DNA of 64,000 nucleotides, taken from positions 32,001-96,000 of IMG/VR virus record IMGVR_UViG_3300022213_000237; one strand, written 5' to 3'. The notes beneath the pieces were generated by a model. The model was not told the DNA's origin. It worked only from the letters and a program-made list of their open reading frames with translations, and ran no database searches. The translations under genes and the position numbers were made by a program. Origin of the DNA: a virus. This document shows positions 41,342 to 51,327 of the stretch, piece after piece. Numbering within the stretch: position 1 is the first letter of the stretch; each line of letters starts with the position of its first letter.

Positions 41342-41617
41342 CTATCTAGCACCCTGAGAGCTGACCTGAGCATAAATAGCTTGATATTCGGCCTTAATTT
41401 TTCAATCGCGGCCAACCTTTTTCGTATTGTCCTCGTGCTTCAGCGTAAGCCGTAATCCCCTGAACACAATAGTCGCGGCTATGTGGAGCACCACGCCTAA
41501 GGGCCTCAATAAGGTTATAAAGAGAGATATTTATTTCCTCTAGTTGGGCTAATAGTCCTTCTTTGCCTGTGCCGTTTAGCGGTTCCATCAACGCACTTAT
41601 AAATTTTGGGTAGTCAT
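41342..41617 (-). CDS. Hypothetical protein apparently broken by three 1-nt homopolymer deficits
   Basis: LNGTGKE...APHSRDY; adding one base at each of about 41604-41610, 41418-41422 and 41398-41402 gives MTTPKFISALMEPLNG...EKRLAAIEKIKAEYQAIYAQVSSQGAR*. Confidence 0.5.
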
Positions 41618-42192
41618 GCGGTTTGCGTTACCATGACCAACGTAGGAACGAGTTCGAGATCGAATTGTGATTCCTTCATTTGAAAGAGGATCGGCTCCAC
41701 CTTGGGCCAAAATTCCGAAGATGTTAGCAAGATCGTTGCTCGCCCCTCGTGGTTGCCAGTGCCGACCTGCTTTAAACGCACCGCGTGCTTGTTTGATCTA
41801 AGAACAACATGTGCCCCGAGCCTAAACTGCCACTCAAATGAGGGCAGTCTAATGAGCACGCTCTGTTTTGCTGGAAATACAAACAAATCTTCAGGATGAA
41901 CACGCATCACGGCGACTCCGGTTTGGTTATTTTGAGCAATCCTTTGTAGGAGAGTCAAAGAATTTTGTTGAGCGTCGTTGCGGTTTTTGACCAGAGCCAA
42001 ATAAAATTGCCTGAGGACCTCCACATCATCTTTCCGAAACCAAACAACCGAATGCCCGTTACAGCTGTAACGGGCGCGATCCACTTCCCAACTACCGGTA
42101 ACTACATACAAAATCGCCTGACGTAGGCGCTTCCATAATGAAGCGTGGTGTCCCGAAGAGACTAAGATTATTGGGTCTTTGATTTCATTCAT
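41614..42192 (-). CDS. Hypothetical protein
   Basis: 192 aa; GATC 20 nt upstream of ATG. Confidence 0.6.
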   Translation of the reverse strand: MNEIKDPIILVSSGHHASLWKRLRQAILYVVTGSWEVDRARYSCNGHSVVWFRKDDVEVLRQFYLALVKNRNDAQQNSLTLLQRIAQNNQTGVAVMRVHPEDLFVFPAKQSVLIRLPSFEWQFRLGAHVVLRSNKHAVRLKQVGTGNHEGRATILLTSSEFWPKVEPILFQMKESQFDLELVPTLVMVTQTA

Positions 42193-42258
42193 AGAGTTTT
42201 CTTTATCCGTAAGATCAGACTTAATCTAGGTACCGAAACCCCATTTTTGGAGTTAAAC

Positions 42259-42609
42259 ATGGCAACCTTATCTCAAGCAGCGTCGAAAGCAATCGCGGTC
42301 GCGCTCGCCAACAACGTAGTAGCACCCGAAGTTATTCAGGCCGTAGCGGATGCCCGCGCTGTCGCAGACCAAGGTGCGGTGATCATCGCCGCCACCATCG
42401 TGGCCACCAGCGTCAGCCAGACCACCGATTTCGGTGCTTTGCTTGAGAACGACATCGTTCTCGTAATCGCAGCCTCTGCCGGAAACGCACATTTCGTGGA
42501 AATCGCCACCGCAGGTGACCTAGGCGAAGCCGCTGTTGTGGGCAGCCTCTACGTTGTGCTTCGCGCGGCTTCATTGCCTGCGGCAGCTGACGTCGCTCCT
42601 ATTTTCTAA
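42259..42609 (+). CDS. Ala/Val-rich small virion (decoration-type) protein
   Basis: AATCTA at 42223, GGAG RBS, own terminator. Confidence 0.55.
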   Translation: MATLSQAASKAIAVALANNVVAPEVIQAVADARAVADQGAVIIAATIVATSVSQTTDFGALLENDIVLVIAASAGNAHFVEIATAGDLGEAAVVGSLYVVLRAASLPAAADVAPIF

Positions 42610-42632
42610 TTAAAAAGGTTGAACACAACCTT

Positions 42633-42666
42633 TGGCCGGCACCCTTGTGGGGTCGCCGGCTTTTTG
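42633..42666 (+). terminator. Rho-independent terminator
   Basis: GCCGGCACCC-loop-GGGTCGCCGGC stem followed by TTTTT. Confidence 0.8.
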
Positions 42667-42969
42667 TGTTTTATTTCATGTTTCGTTCTTGAATATCGGA
42701 GCGATGCCGGCGCAGTTTGAGCATCAGATGATCGAATGCGACGCGAATGTGCGCGCCCGCGACCCCAAAGAACTGGACCACCATCTGGATCTCGTCTTGG
42801 CAGATATGGAAATGCATATCGCCTTTCTAGCACGATCGGATCAAGCTGTCAAGCTTGCTACCAAATACGGCATTAACCGCATAAGAGAACCCGATACTAA
42901 GAACTAGGCCCACAAACAATGCCACGAAGGCACCCAGCATCAATAGGTTGTGGATAGCTTCCACAAGAC

Positions 42970-43275
42970 TCATAGACATTTACCGTGCTTGACGAGACCT
43001 TTCTTTAGACCACGTCCGGCATCACAACGACCATTCTCATTGCTTTTCCCAGGTAAATCGAGACCAGCGTCGACGCCCTCGACACTTCCGGAGTCCGGAA
43101 CTTCAGGTTCTCCGGCGTCAACCGGTTCCATGACGATAATTACACGACCATCCTCAACTTCTACCCGAACAGGTATGTACTCAAAGACATCTGTGGCTTC
43201 CGTAGGAATGGAGTGAATAGCAGGATCTCTACCGCACGAGACGAAGAGCAGAGCCAACAAAACGAGTTTTTTCAT
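42970..43275 (-). CDS. Lipoprotein with DAG/DSG linker repeats
   Basis: MKKLVLLALLFVSC lipobox; VDAG/PDSG/VDAG/CDAG. Confidence 0.7.
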   Translation of the reverse strand: MKKLVLLALLFVSCGRDPAIHSIPTEATDVFEYIPVRVEVEDGRVIIVMEPVDAGEPEVPDSGSVEGVDAGLDLPGKSNENGRCDAGRGLKKGLVKHGKCL

Positions 43276-43405
43276 GCAATGATTCTAGCTTCCAGATCAA
43301 TGCATGTCGTCACGCGGGCGATACTGCTCCCATTTGGTATAATGTACTGAAGGATGACGAGCCGCAAAGCACCGCCACCCTAACATGGGCATTATCGCTC
43401 GCAAG

Positions 43406-43672
43406 TTAAAATATCTGTCTACCGTATGCGTCGTATTCGTTGGTCCAAAGATTCTCGATGCCGCACGTTTCTTCTAGCCCTCTAGAACGACAATAGGTCT
43501 TACTTTCTGCCACACACGACTTTTCGTTAAAAGGTCGGTAGGGAGGTGAACGTAAACATGCGTGAAGCGATGACCCGGCCTGACGTCTAACACCAGCCCT
43601 TTCTTGGAGTCGAAGGGTTTCGGCATTAAAGGCACAACCGGAGAGCAATGCGGCAAGGAGGATTGTTTTCAT
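43406..43672 (-). CDS. Cys-rich lipoprotein
   Basis: MKTILLAALLSGC lipobox. Confidence 0.65.
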   Translation of the reverse strand: MKTILLAALLSGCAFNAETLRLQERAGVRRQAGSSLHACLRSPPYRPFNEKSCVAESKTYCRSRGLEETCGIENLWTNEYDAYGRQIF

Positions 43673-43826
43673 CCACCTTCCGTATCCGGTGGATCTTTTG
43701 CTTCCTCTTTTGGAGCGAGGAGCCGCTCTAGTCGCGCGACTCTGACCCTTAATTCTTCCAGATGTTTGTATAGTTTTTGAATTTGATTTAAGGGTCTGCT
43801 TGGTGGATATTCATTTTTCATAGATA

Positions 43827-44141
43827 TCAACGGAGATACGCAACACCGTATGGTCCGCAGCCTTCAATTGGGTTGATGGCATGGATATTGCCGCGAGGAT
43901 GACGTTTAGGCTCCGGAGCCTTCCAGCTAGCGGGCTTGAGGATGTTGCCGGTCTCGACTTCGATGAAGCAATAAACCGAAACGCTGACCCCATGCCTCTT
44001 GACGAGGCGGATAAACTTCTTACCGCTGGGGTCGATGGTGACGGTGGTTGCGTCTCCGAGAGCATTTTTCAGCATGACCGAAAGTTGATTCACGAAGTTG
44101 ACCAGTGCGGGGTAGATTTCGGTATTCTCGATTGCGTTCAT
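43827..44141 (-). CDS. Conserved phage early protein
   Basis: SVYCFI...GNILKPASWKAP...RGNI; TTGACA leaderless promoter. Confidence 0.7.
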   Translation of the reverse strand: MNAIENTEIYPALVNFVNQLSVMLKNALGDATTVTIDPSGKKFIRLVKRHGVSVSVYCFIEVETGNILKPASWKAPEPKRHPRGNIHAINPIEGCGPYGVAYLR

Positions 44142-44172
44142 AACTACTTTATAGCAAATCACTTATCGTCTG

Positions 44173-44487
44173 TCAATAGGGCCTCAAACCCAGCTCGATC
44201 TGAGTCAAATACAACCTGAATTCGGCGGCTTGAGACTTTAAGTCTCTGATTTCTTTATATATAGAGTCCCGCCTTTCCTTAATCGCGAGCAAAGTAGCAT
44301 CGACATCCACCTCTGAGGAGAGGGATTCGCGCTCGTCAACTAAGGCTCGTTGGGCGTTATCCAGATTGAAAATGACGTGATACTCCAACCAAGTTATCCT
44401 GTCTCGAATCAGACGAAGTTGTAGTCTAGCGTTCCCGACTTTACGCCACCGTAGCCACCACGTCTTTAAATTTTCCCATCTACTCAT
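44173..44487 (-). CDS. Coiled-coil hypothetical protein
   Basis: Overlaps the AAA gene stop. Confidence 0.55.
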   Translation of the reverse strand: MSRWENLKTWWLRWRKVGNARLQLRLIRDRITWLEYHVIFNLDNAQRALVDERESLSSEVDVDATLLAIKERRDSIYKEIRDLKSQAAEFRLYLTQIELGLRPY

Positions 44488-45382
44488 CAGTCAAATCCTT
44501 ACCACGAAGACGTTTGATTTCGGCCTCTAGGTCTCCATCTAGGATCGAAACGGCCACAATCAATTCCTTCAAGTGTGCCATGCTTAGCCCTTTAGACCTT
44601 CTAACCCATAGGTCCAAGGTCAAGTCATTTTTGCATACACCTCGGCTCTTAAGGTATTCCCGACGCATTTCCGCGTTGGGAGCCCCAATTTCAATAATCT
44701 TATCGAATCGAGAGGGCCTATTAGAAATTCGTTCTGGAATACGAGACAGGTAGTTGGTGGTGGCAATATACACTACTCCACCAATTGAGGTGTCGCCGTC
44801 AAGCAGGGCCAAAAGCTGGGATTCGCCAAACCGGAGAAGATTGTCGAGATCCTCCATCACCACCACTAATTGGCGAGTGGGTTCGATGGCACGGAAACTT
44901 GTTAACATCAAAGATAAGCCGTTTGGGTCTTCGGGGGCCATAATAACGACTCCATCTTTTTCGATGGTATCACTCATAACGTGATTAAGCGTAGATGTTT
45001 TACCCGTACCAGGAGGCCCATGAAGCAGGAACCCGCGCTTGTGGATAAAACCGTACTTACGGTATTTTTCTTCTAGGGTCCAGAAGCGGTCGATTTCGGA
45101 AATTACCTCCTTAGCCGACGAATTCCCAGAACGGATGAGGGTGTCGGTGCTGATCGACACCGGCTGGAAGCCAAGATCGAATCCCACTTGACTTACCTTA
45201 TAGACACCGGCAGGTAATTTTGGGGTTGCGGACACGGGCATAGACGGAACAAAGCACCCGCCTCTAGTGTGGTACTCAGACACTTCTTGTATTGTTTTCT
45301 TTTTGTTGATCATATCGTTTTCGGTCTCTTCGTTTTCGTCGTAGTATTCACAGTCGTCAGAGAAGGTTATTACGTCTCGCAT
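44480..45382 (-). CDS. AAA+ ATPase (BCS1-like)
   Basis: KRGFLLHGPPGTGKT, VMEDLD, LLDG, ATTN, RPSRFD. Confidence 0.9.
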   Translation of the reverse strand: MRDVITFSDDCEYYDENEETENDMINKKKTIQEVSEYHTRGGCFVPSMPVSATPKLPAGVYKVSQVGFDLGFQPVSISTDTLIRSGNSSAKEVISEIDRFWTLEEKYRKYGFIHKRGFLLHGPPGTGKTSTLNHVMSDTIEKDGVVIMAPEDPNGLSLMLTSFRAIEPTRQLVVVMEDLDNLLRFGESQLLALLDGDTSIGGVVYIATTNYLSRIPERISNRPSRFDKIIEIGAPNAEMRREYLKSRGVCKNDLTLDLWVRRSKGLSMAHLKELIVAVSILDGDLEAEIKRLRGKDLTDE

Positions 45383-45730
45383 GATGGTATCATACCTGCT
45401 GATCGTCGCCCTTACCTTGATGGTATTTATCCCAAAGCTTTTTGGCGATTACGCATAAGCTCCACAAAACCAGACCTCCCGGTACCAGGATTATGAGGAT
45501 TGCTAGAGCTATACGCCACCATTTCATGCTACCTCTTACCCGACTGATCGGTATCAGCATCCGCCCGCTTACTTCAAAAGCGGTTTAACGCAAACGATAA
45601 ATCGCTAAACCCGCCACAATCGCGATAGAAGGCAGAGCCAAAATTACGGCCACGCCAATTAAACATTTTACCGCCAATCTCTCTTTCATTTATTTTTCCG
45701 ACTTTTTGGTTGTGTTGGGGTCAAAAATGT

Positions 45731-46054
45731 TTAAAGCTCTTCTGCTGTGATTTTAAGTCTTTCTTCGCGTTTGGCTTTGGATTCATCCATGCTCTTCGAG
45801 CGTCGTAGCCCCGTGGCAAGGGTTCTTTTGGGCTTGATTTTACCCGCACGACAATCGACGCAATACGATTGAGACGAAAAACGGTTCGGTCTACCGTATG
45901 CGTCTTTATGGGTACGAACACCAAAGAACTTAAACCTTCGGATACGTTCGCATTTTGGACATCGCTTAGTTGAGGGAGCCTGCGCAACCACCCGCTTGCG
46001 TTGAGAGGTAACGTATGCTGCTACTCCGCGAGTCATCTTGAATTTTGTTGTCAT
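45731..46054 (-). CDS. Basic Zn-finger protein
   Basis: KRCPKC...SYCVDCR. Confidence 0.6.
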   Translation of the reverse strand: MTTKFKMTRGVAAYVTSQRKRVVAQAPSTKRCPKCERIRRFKFFGVRTHKDAYGRPNRFSSQSYCVDCRAGKIKPKRTLATGLRRSKSMDESKAKREERLKITAEEL

Positions 46055-46087
46055 AATGTTCCTTATAGCAGATCTAGATCCAGAAAG

Positions 46088-46639
46088 TCAAGAAACTTTG
46101 GTGATATTTGCTTCGCCGATGGCGGGAATGGTGTAAAAGTCACCATGCGGATCCAACATGGGATAGCCCGGAAACGCAGTCCGCAAAGCCTTCCAGAGAC
46201 GATTTTTGGACGTCACCGGAACTTCATTGACGTGAAGGCTTGCGTTCCATCTTCTGCCGGGCACGGAACCTAGTTGTTGGACTCCGATTTCAGTATATGG
46301 GGTGGTGACCAACAGCACTTCTGGACGGTTTGGGTCTTGAAGCACTCGAATGGACATGATGCGGATAGCGATTTTTGACGCCAGTGTAGTAAAGCCAAGA
46401 TGCATGAGTTGGCGGCAAGCATCAACGGCATCCAAGCCGCTTTGTTTATCAGCAATTTCAAAAATAAGGGCATTCGCGAGGGCTCTGTTGTCGTCATTGA
46501 TGAACCCGTCGTATCCGTGTTTTTCTCTACAATCCGGGCCAATGCCCAGCTCCACAGACACAGCGTCTCTTAGGGGCCGAGCGCAGACTGCGCAGTGAGT
46601 GGCGAGAAGTTTAGTGCTTCGAAGGTTCTCGTAGGTCAT
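46088..46639 (-). CDS. DUF6011-like Zn-finger protein
   Basis: CAVCARPLRDAVSVELGIGPDC. Confidence 0.7.
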   Translation of the reverse strand: MTYENLRSTKLLATHCAVCARPLRDAVSVELGIGPDCREKHGYDGFINDDNRALANALIFEIADKQSGLDAVDACRQLMHLGFTTLASKIAIRIMSIRVLQDPNRPEVLLVTTPYTEIGVQQLGSVPGRRWNASLHVNEVPVTSKNRLWKALRTAFPGYPMLDPHGDFYTIPAIGEANITKVS

Positions 46640-46689
46640 GTGGATAGTTATACACTTAAACAGATCCGCATGTCAAGGCCTAAAACGAT

Positions 46690-46938
46690 TTACCGGTTCC
46701 GCCTCCTGAACTCACGCCTTTCTTGTTTAAGCCTAGCCTTTTCCAGCCTCTTCTTGAGTACCTCGGCCTTGATAACGCGTTCGGCCACAATTTGGGCCAC
46801 GAAAGCTAACGGTAGCTCGTAGCTTTGATGTCGTCGGTACGGTCGGACAGTGAAGGTGCCCGCTTCTCGGTTTATAAACACCGTAACGCTGTCTGTGCCG
46901 TCAAAACTCCAATCCACTTGAAATTTAGCTGTAGTCAT
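46690..46938 (-). CDS. Hypothetical early protein
   Basis: AAGGA RBS; TTGACA at 47005-47010. Confidence 0.55.
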   Translation of the reverse strand: MTTAKFQVDWSFDGTDSVTVFINREAGTFTVRPYRRHQSYELPLAFVAQIVAERVIKAEVLKKRLEKARLKQERREFRRRNR

Positions 46939-47026
46939 ATTTATCCTTTTTATTCAATAGCTTATTGTCTGCCAGCTTAGTCTTGTACCTTTATCGGCAG
47001 ATCTTGTCAACCACAATCTTGACATC

Positions 47027-49480
47027 ATGCCCACAGTTCAGATCCAGGCAACCAATTCGGTTCCTGCCAATAAGCACAAATTTTACAGCTCGGACTACGC
47101 AATTAATGCGCAAAATTGGGACCAGTACATGCCTTACCAATTAATCATGGTCAAGGCCTCTGACCCAGATCCACAGACCGGAGAGGTGCAATACACGGAA
47201 CTGCCTATGCGTTTTACGCTACCAATTCCCCCGCAAGAGCTAACAAATGAAATGGCAATAGCGACAACGTTACAAGCGACTCTGACAGGCGTAAGCGCCC
47301 AGCATGGTGGCGCGCCATTTCGGGACATATCTCTTTCTGGCACTACGGGTATCAATCCATCCAAAATCCGTACCGATGAACGTCGCAACGTAGTAGCTGC
47401 GGCGGCAGAGAGCATTTTTGCGGGTACTATCCAAAACGCTTTGCTCGCACAACAATCAGCACAACAAGCCATTTTAGGCGGCTCGTTTCAAAACAACTTC
47501 TATCAAGGGATTACGGAGGGAGATGCGGACGAACCAGATCGCATAGACCGCACTTCCACCGGCTTCTATCAGATGCAGCTGATGGAAAGATTCATCGAAT
47601 CCTACATCGCTCTCAAAACCGATGGACCTGGCGTATTGGTCTCTTCAAAAGATTCACAAGCGGACGCGACCTTAAGAGATTTAGATCCAAGGAAGGTGCG
47701 GCTCGCTTTCTGTATCTGGAGAGAAGAAGCTATTTATTTGGTAGAACCAATGCGGTTTTCGAAACGTCGCTCGGCGCAAAGTCCCATGGAGTATATGTTC
47801 ACACTCCAGCTACGGGCTTATAAACGAATTCGCTTCGAGCGTGCTCCCGAGACATCAGCTCACCATCAGTTTGCTGGTCGTCGGCCATCTATCATTGCCG
47901 AGATTTTTAATCGCGTACGAGCCGCTCGTCGTCTGCTTACGAATCTGAATGACTCTATCGAGAGTATGATTTCCGACCCCGCCAATGTCGTTGGTGAAGC
48001 CATTCGAGAAACTAGTTTGTTCCTCGCCGAAATCTCCGGAGTCAAAGCCTCGCTTGCGGAGCTACCCACGAACATCACCGACGAAATGATTCCTGCCATT
48101 AGGTCTGACTGGGCGACACTTCGAACACGGTATTTGGCGGCAATCAGTCCATCGGTGGACGCTGCTTTGTTACAAACAAATGGATTGGCTCAACTCAAGC
48201 AACCATTAGACCAAGACATTAAAGACGAGCTATACACAAACGTCTTCCCGAATTTAAAGCCCGATCAACTGAGGCTGTCTCCCACCACTCGGACTAAAAT
48301 CAACAACGAGATTGAACGCGTGAAAAAATTTGGAAGATATGACTTCGAGAAAGCGCGCGACCTAGTACTTAAAGCCTCCGCCGACTTTGCAGATAGGGCC
48401 GGGGCCGGGAGCGTTACTTACGCCGAAGTCTATGGGCGTGAGGTCCCGACCGTGTTCACTACCCCCACTAGCACCACAATGGATGTGATTTTTGCCTTCA
48501 ATGAAATGGCAATAAACTTGGACCGTCTCGCTGTAAGCTCAAAAATCGACCCACCGGCACCGACGAGCTTAGAGTATATTGCGGGTCTCGCCGAGGCATC
48601 TGGTATTGCTTTCACGACTCCACGGTCAAAGTTGGCGGTGCCATTTCCTTACGGATTCACTCTCGAGCGCTTGTCTGCATTGTACTTGGGTGACCCCAAC
48701 CGTTGGCACGAAATAGTAGCCCTCAATGGATTGCGTACCCCATACGTAGACGAAGAAGGATTTCAGCTCAGTCTATTAGTGAATGGCGACGGAAACATCG
48801 TTGTCGTGAATGACAGGAAAAACCTTTATATTGGACAAACTGTTTGGCTCGCCGCCAATGCGGTACGACGCGAGAAACGTCATATTGTAAACATAACTGA
48901 AGTCACTGCCCAAGAATACGAAGTAACTCTTGATGGGGCAGCAGACTTAGAGCGCTTTACCGTATCGGATCAAGCAGTGCTTGAAGCTTTCTTGCCAGCC
49001 ACAGTGAATAGCCAACAGTCTATTTATATTCCATCACAGAATGAAGCTCCAGATGACCCACTCACTAAACAGATTCCAGGCGTCGATGAATTCGATGCGT
49101 TGCTACAGGTATCGGGCGTTGATCTGCTCCTGACTCCCGACGGTGACCTTGCAATTACTCCAGATGGAGACTGTAGACTTGCTTACGGATTGGCTAATAT
49201 TGTTCAAACCGTTAAGTTGGCTCTATCTACCCCAAAAGGGGCTCTGCTTCAGCACCCAGAATACGGGCTTGAGATTGTAGCCGGTACCTCTACTGCGGAC
49301 ATAAACGCAGACTCTATCCTTCAGTCCGTGGAGCAAATGTTTAATCGCGACCCCATGTTCTCGGGTGTGCGTTCCGCTTTTGTGGCCAAAAACGGTTCCA
49401 CGTTAACAATCACTCTCGATGTTGGTATTGCCGGGACTTCCAGCTTTATACCAATCACTGTGGCGATAAAGTCTACGTAA
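47027..49480 (+). CDS. Baseplate/tail protein with LysM-like and C-terminal gp25/XkdS-like wedge domains
   Basis: TLERLSALYLGDPNRWHEIVALNGL; DLLLTPDGDL...LSTPKGALLQHPEYGL; AATCTT-N6-ATG. Confidence 0.75.
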   Translation: MPTVQIQATNSVPANKHKFYSSDYAINAQNWDQYMPYQLIMVKASDPDPQTGEVQYTELPMRFTLPIPPQELTNEMAIATTLQATLTGVSAQHGGAPFRDISLSGTTGINPSKIRTDERRNVVAAAAESIFAGTIQNALLAQQSAQQAILGGSFQNNFYQGITEGDADEPDRIDRTSTGFYQMQLMERFIESYIALKTDGPGVLVSSKDSQADATLRDLDPRKVRLAFCIWREEAIYLVEPMRFSKRRSAQSPMEYMFTLQLRAYKRIRFERAPETSAHHQFAGRRPSIIAEIFNRVRAARRLLTNLNDSIESMISDPANVVGEAIRETSLFLAEISGVKASLAELPTNITDEMIPAIRSDWATLRTRYLAAISPSVDAALLQTNGLAQLKQPLDQDIKDELYTNVFPNLKPDQLRLSPTTRTKINNEIERVKKFGRYDFEKARDLVLKASADFADRAGAGSVTYAEVYGREVPTVFTTPTSTTMDVIFAFNEMAINLDRLAVSSKIDPPAPTSLEYIAGLAEASGIAFTTPRSKLAVPFPYGFTLERLSALYLGDPNRWHEIVALNGLRTPYVDEEGFQLSLLVNGDGNIVVVNDRKNLYIGQTVWLAANAVRREKRHIVNITEVTAQEYEVTLDGAADLERFTVSDQAVLEAFLPATVNSQQSIYIPSQNEAPDDPLTKQIPGVDEFDALLQVSGVDLLLTPDGDLAITPDGDCRLAYGLANIVQTVKLALSTPKGALLQHPEYGLEIVAGTSTADINADSILQSVEQMFNRDPMFSGVRSAFVAKNGSTLTITLDVGIAGTSSFIPITVAIKST

Positions 49481-49486
49481 ACTGAG

Positions 49487-50041
49487 TTACGGTTGTGGTA
49501 CGACTCGGTCGACGAAACCACGTGCTAGCGCTTCATCCCAATTCATCCACCACTGGAGACCGCCCACCGTGTTGGCATGCGCTTCTTCAAACGAGGCGTT
49601 TGTTCGGTGGATAGTGTGTTCGAGGAGGGCACGGTTGAGCGCCTTCATCATGGCCACCACCGCTTGCCAATTATTGGGATTACCTTCCATTACACCCGAA
49701 AGCGAAATCTCATGCGCCATTAACGTTGAGCGTTTGGTCATCAAACGGACGTCACAGCTTTGGAGGATGTATAAGGCCATGGACGCGGCCATGCCATCAA
49801 CCACGCACGCGACCGTGCCATCATGCTGTTCGATTGCTTTCGAGAGGGCGAGACCTGCGGGTACTGAACCACCGGGGGAGTCGATTACGATTACGACGTT
49901 ACCGGGAGACTCAAGGGCTTCGATTAGAGGGTCTACAGATTCGTCTGTGACCACGGTATCTAGGCTAAGGTAGTTTGTTTGATTGGCGTGGGCTGGTGTC
50001 GTACACGCGAACAGGAGCAGTAGGGCAAAGAGCTTTCTCAT
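49487..50041 (-). CDS. ClpP-like serine peptidase with signal peptide/lipobox
   Basis: IDSPGGSV, GMAASMA (Ser), LMAHE (His), EALARGFVD; N-terminus MRKLFALLLLFAC. Confidence 0.8.
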   Translation of the reverse strand: MRKLFALLLLFACTTPAHANQTNYLSLDTVVTDESVDPLIEALESPGNVVIVIDSPGGSVPAGLALSKAIEQHDGTVACVVDGMAASMALYILQSCDVRLMTKRSTLMAHEISLSGVMEGNPNNWQAVVAMMKALNRALLEHTIHRTNASFEEAHANTVGGLQWWMNWDEALARGFVDRVVPQP

Positions 50042-50493
50042 CTAGATGGAGATTGTGGCTCGATCTGGGCCTTAATCTCGGCTTTGCCCCTGCCAGCTAG
50101 AGAATCCGCCCTTTCGTTCCAGGTGTTCCCCTGATGCCCTCGTACCCATCGGGTCCGGACTTTTAGTTCGTCGTGCAGGTAACGTATTCGTTCCGCCAAT
50201 TCCAGATTAGCAGAAGGCGTGTATCCTCCAGATGCCAGGCCTAAAACATACTGAGAGTCGGACACCAACTCGATCATTTCTTCGGGCCCAATTTCGCCAA
50301 AGGCTTTGCACAATATCACCGCCTCAAGACCCTTAATTGCGGCAGTTAACTCCATGCAATTATTAGTGGTTTTTGGATCTCCACCGTAGTCCGCGTACAG
50401 CACCTGGGTCTCGTCTCGCACCATCACCCAGGCCCAACCTCCAGGCTTACCACCCCGAGAGGAGCTACTGCCGTCAGAATATACGGAAATCAT
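50038..50493 (-). CDS. rnhA: Ribonuclease HI
   Basis: YSDGS, TTNNCMEL, SDSQY, WVRGH, NERAD. Confidence 0.9.
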   Translation of the reverse strand: MISVYSDGSSSSRGGKPGGWAWVMVRDETQVLYADYGGDPKTTNNCMELTAAIKGLEAVILCKAFGEIGPEEMIELVSDSQYVLGLASGGYTPSANLELAERIRYLHDELKVRTRWVRGHQGNTWNERADSLAGRGKAEIKAQIEPQSPSR

Positions 50494-50500
50494 AAGAGTA

Positions 50501-51323
50501 TTACTGGTTTTCGCGCATCCACAACGTGCCCCCGTCATACTTAACAATACCCAAAAAACGCAAATTCTCTGGATCAAAACTTTCCCCAGACGAGTATCGG
50601 TGAAGCGTTATTGTCTCCGTCTCACTTAATTCACCTAACGGTACGAGCACAATCAGACACAAAAAGGAATCAAACATAGATTCTACTGTGTGCATCTCCA
50701 AGACTTTGCTTCCTTTTGGAAGGTCCAATTTGGTCTCCGACGCCATTGGTTGTGGCAGCCGGTAAGTAAAAATTGTATGTTCAGCCATACTCCGTAATAG
50801 CTAGGCGATCGCCTTGCGACTCACGATCCAAAACTGCTGTTCAATTTGGATGACATCGCCGTCGTCCATGGTGTCGAAGATGTAGCGTTCGCACATTTGC
50901 AAATCCACCGGCTTCTCGTTCTTCTGGAAAAATTGCTGGAGCATGCGATAAAGTTCCTGGACGGTATCCTCTTTGCTCCATCCACACTCTTCGTTCAGGT
51001 GCTTAAATCGAGCCGCGTACTCGCTTTTAGAGACCAAGTCTCGGACATAAAGGTCGTACGTTCCATTATCCCTACGCTTGACAAGGTATTGAGAGGTCAT
51101 ACTTCATTATTATCAAAAACCATAACTACTGTCAATACATGGCCTCTTCGTATATCTCATCCAGAGAATCAACTTCAGCGATTCTACGGTCAGAAACCTT
51201 ATTTTGTTTACGCATTTCGGCCTGATGCTCAAGCAGACACTCTTGTGCTTCATCGCGTGTCTCGTGTTCGTGTTCACAGCAATCAAGGCCTTTGGACGTG
51301 AATTTTCCTACGGTAATGAACAT
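50501..51323 (-). other. Three small hypothetical genes (50501-50788, 50801-51100, 51132-51323)
   Basis: Packed ORFs; GATC-class promoter for 50788, TTGACA-class promoter for 51100. Confidence 0.6.
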
Positions 51324-51327
51324 AATT

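Noticed and set aside
41342-41617. Triple programmed frameshift
   Set aside because: Three single-base deficits in short homopolymers within 280 bp is the signature of long-read error, not recoding.
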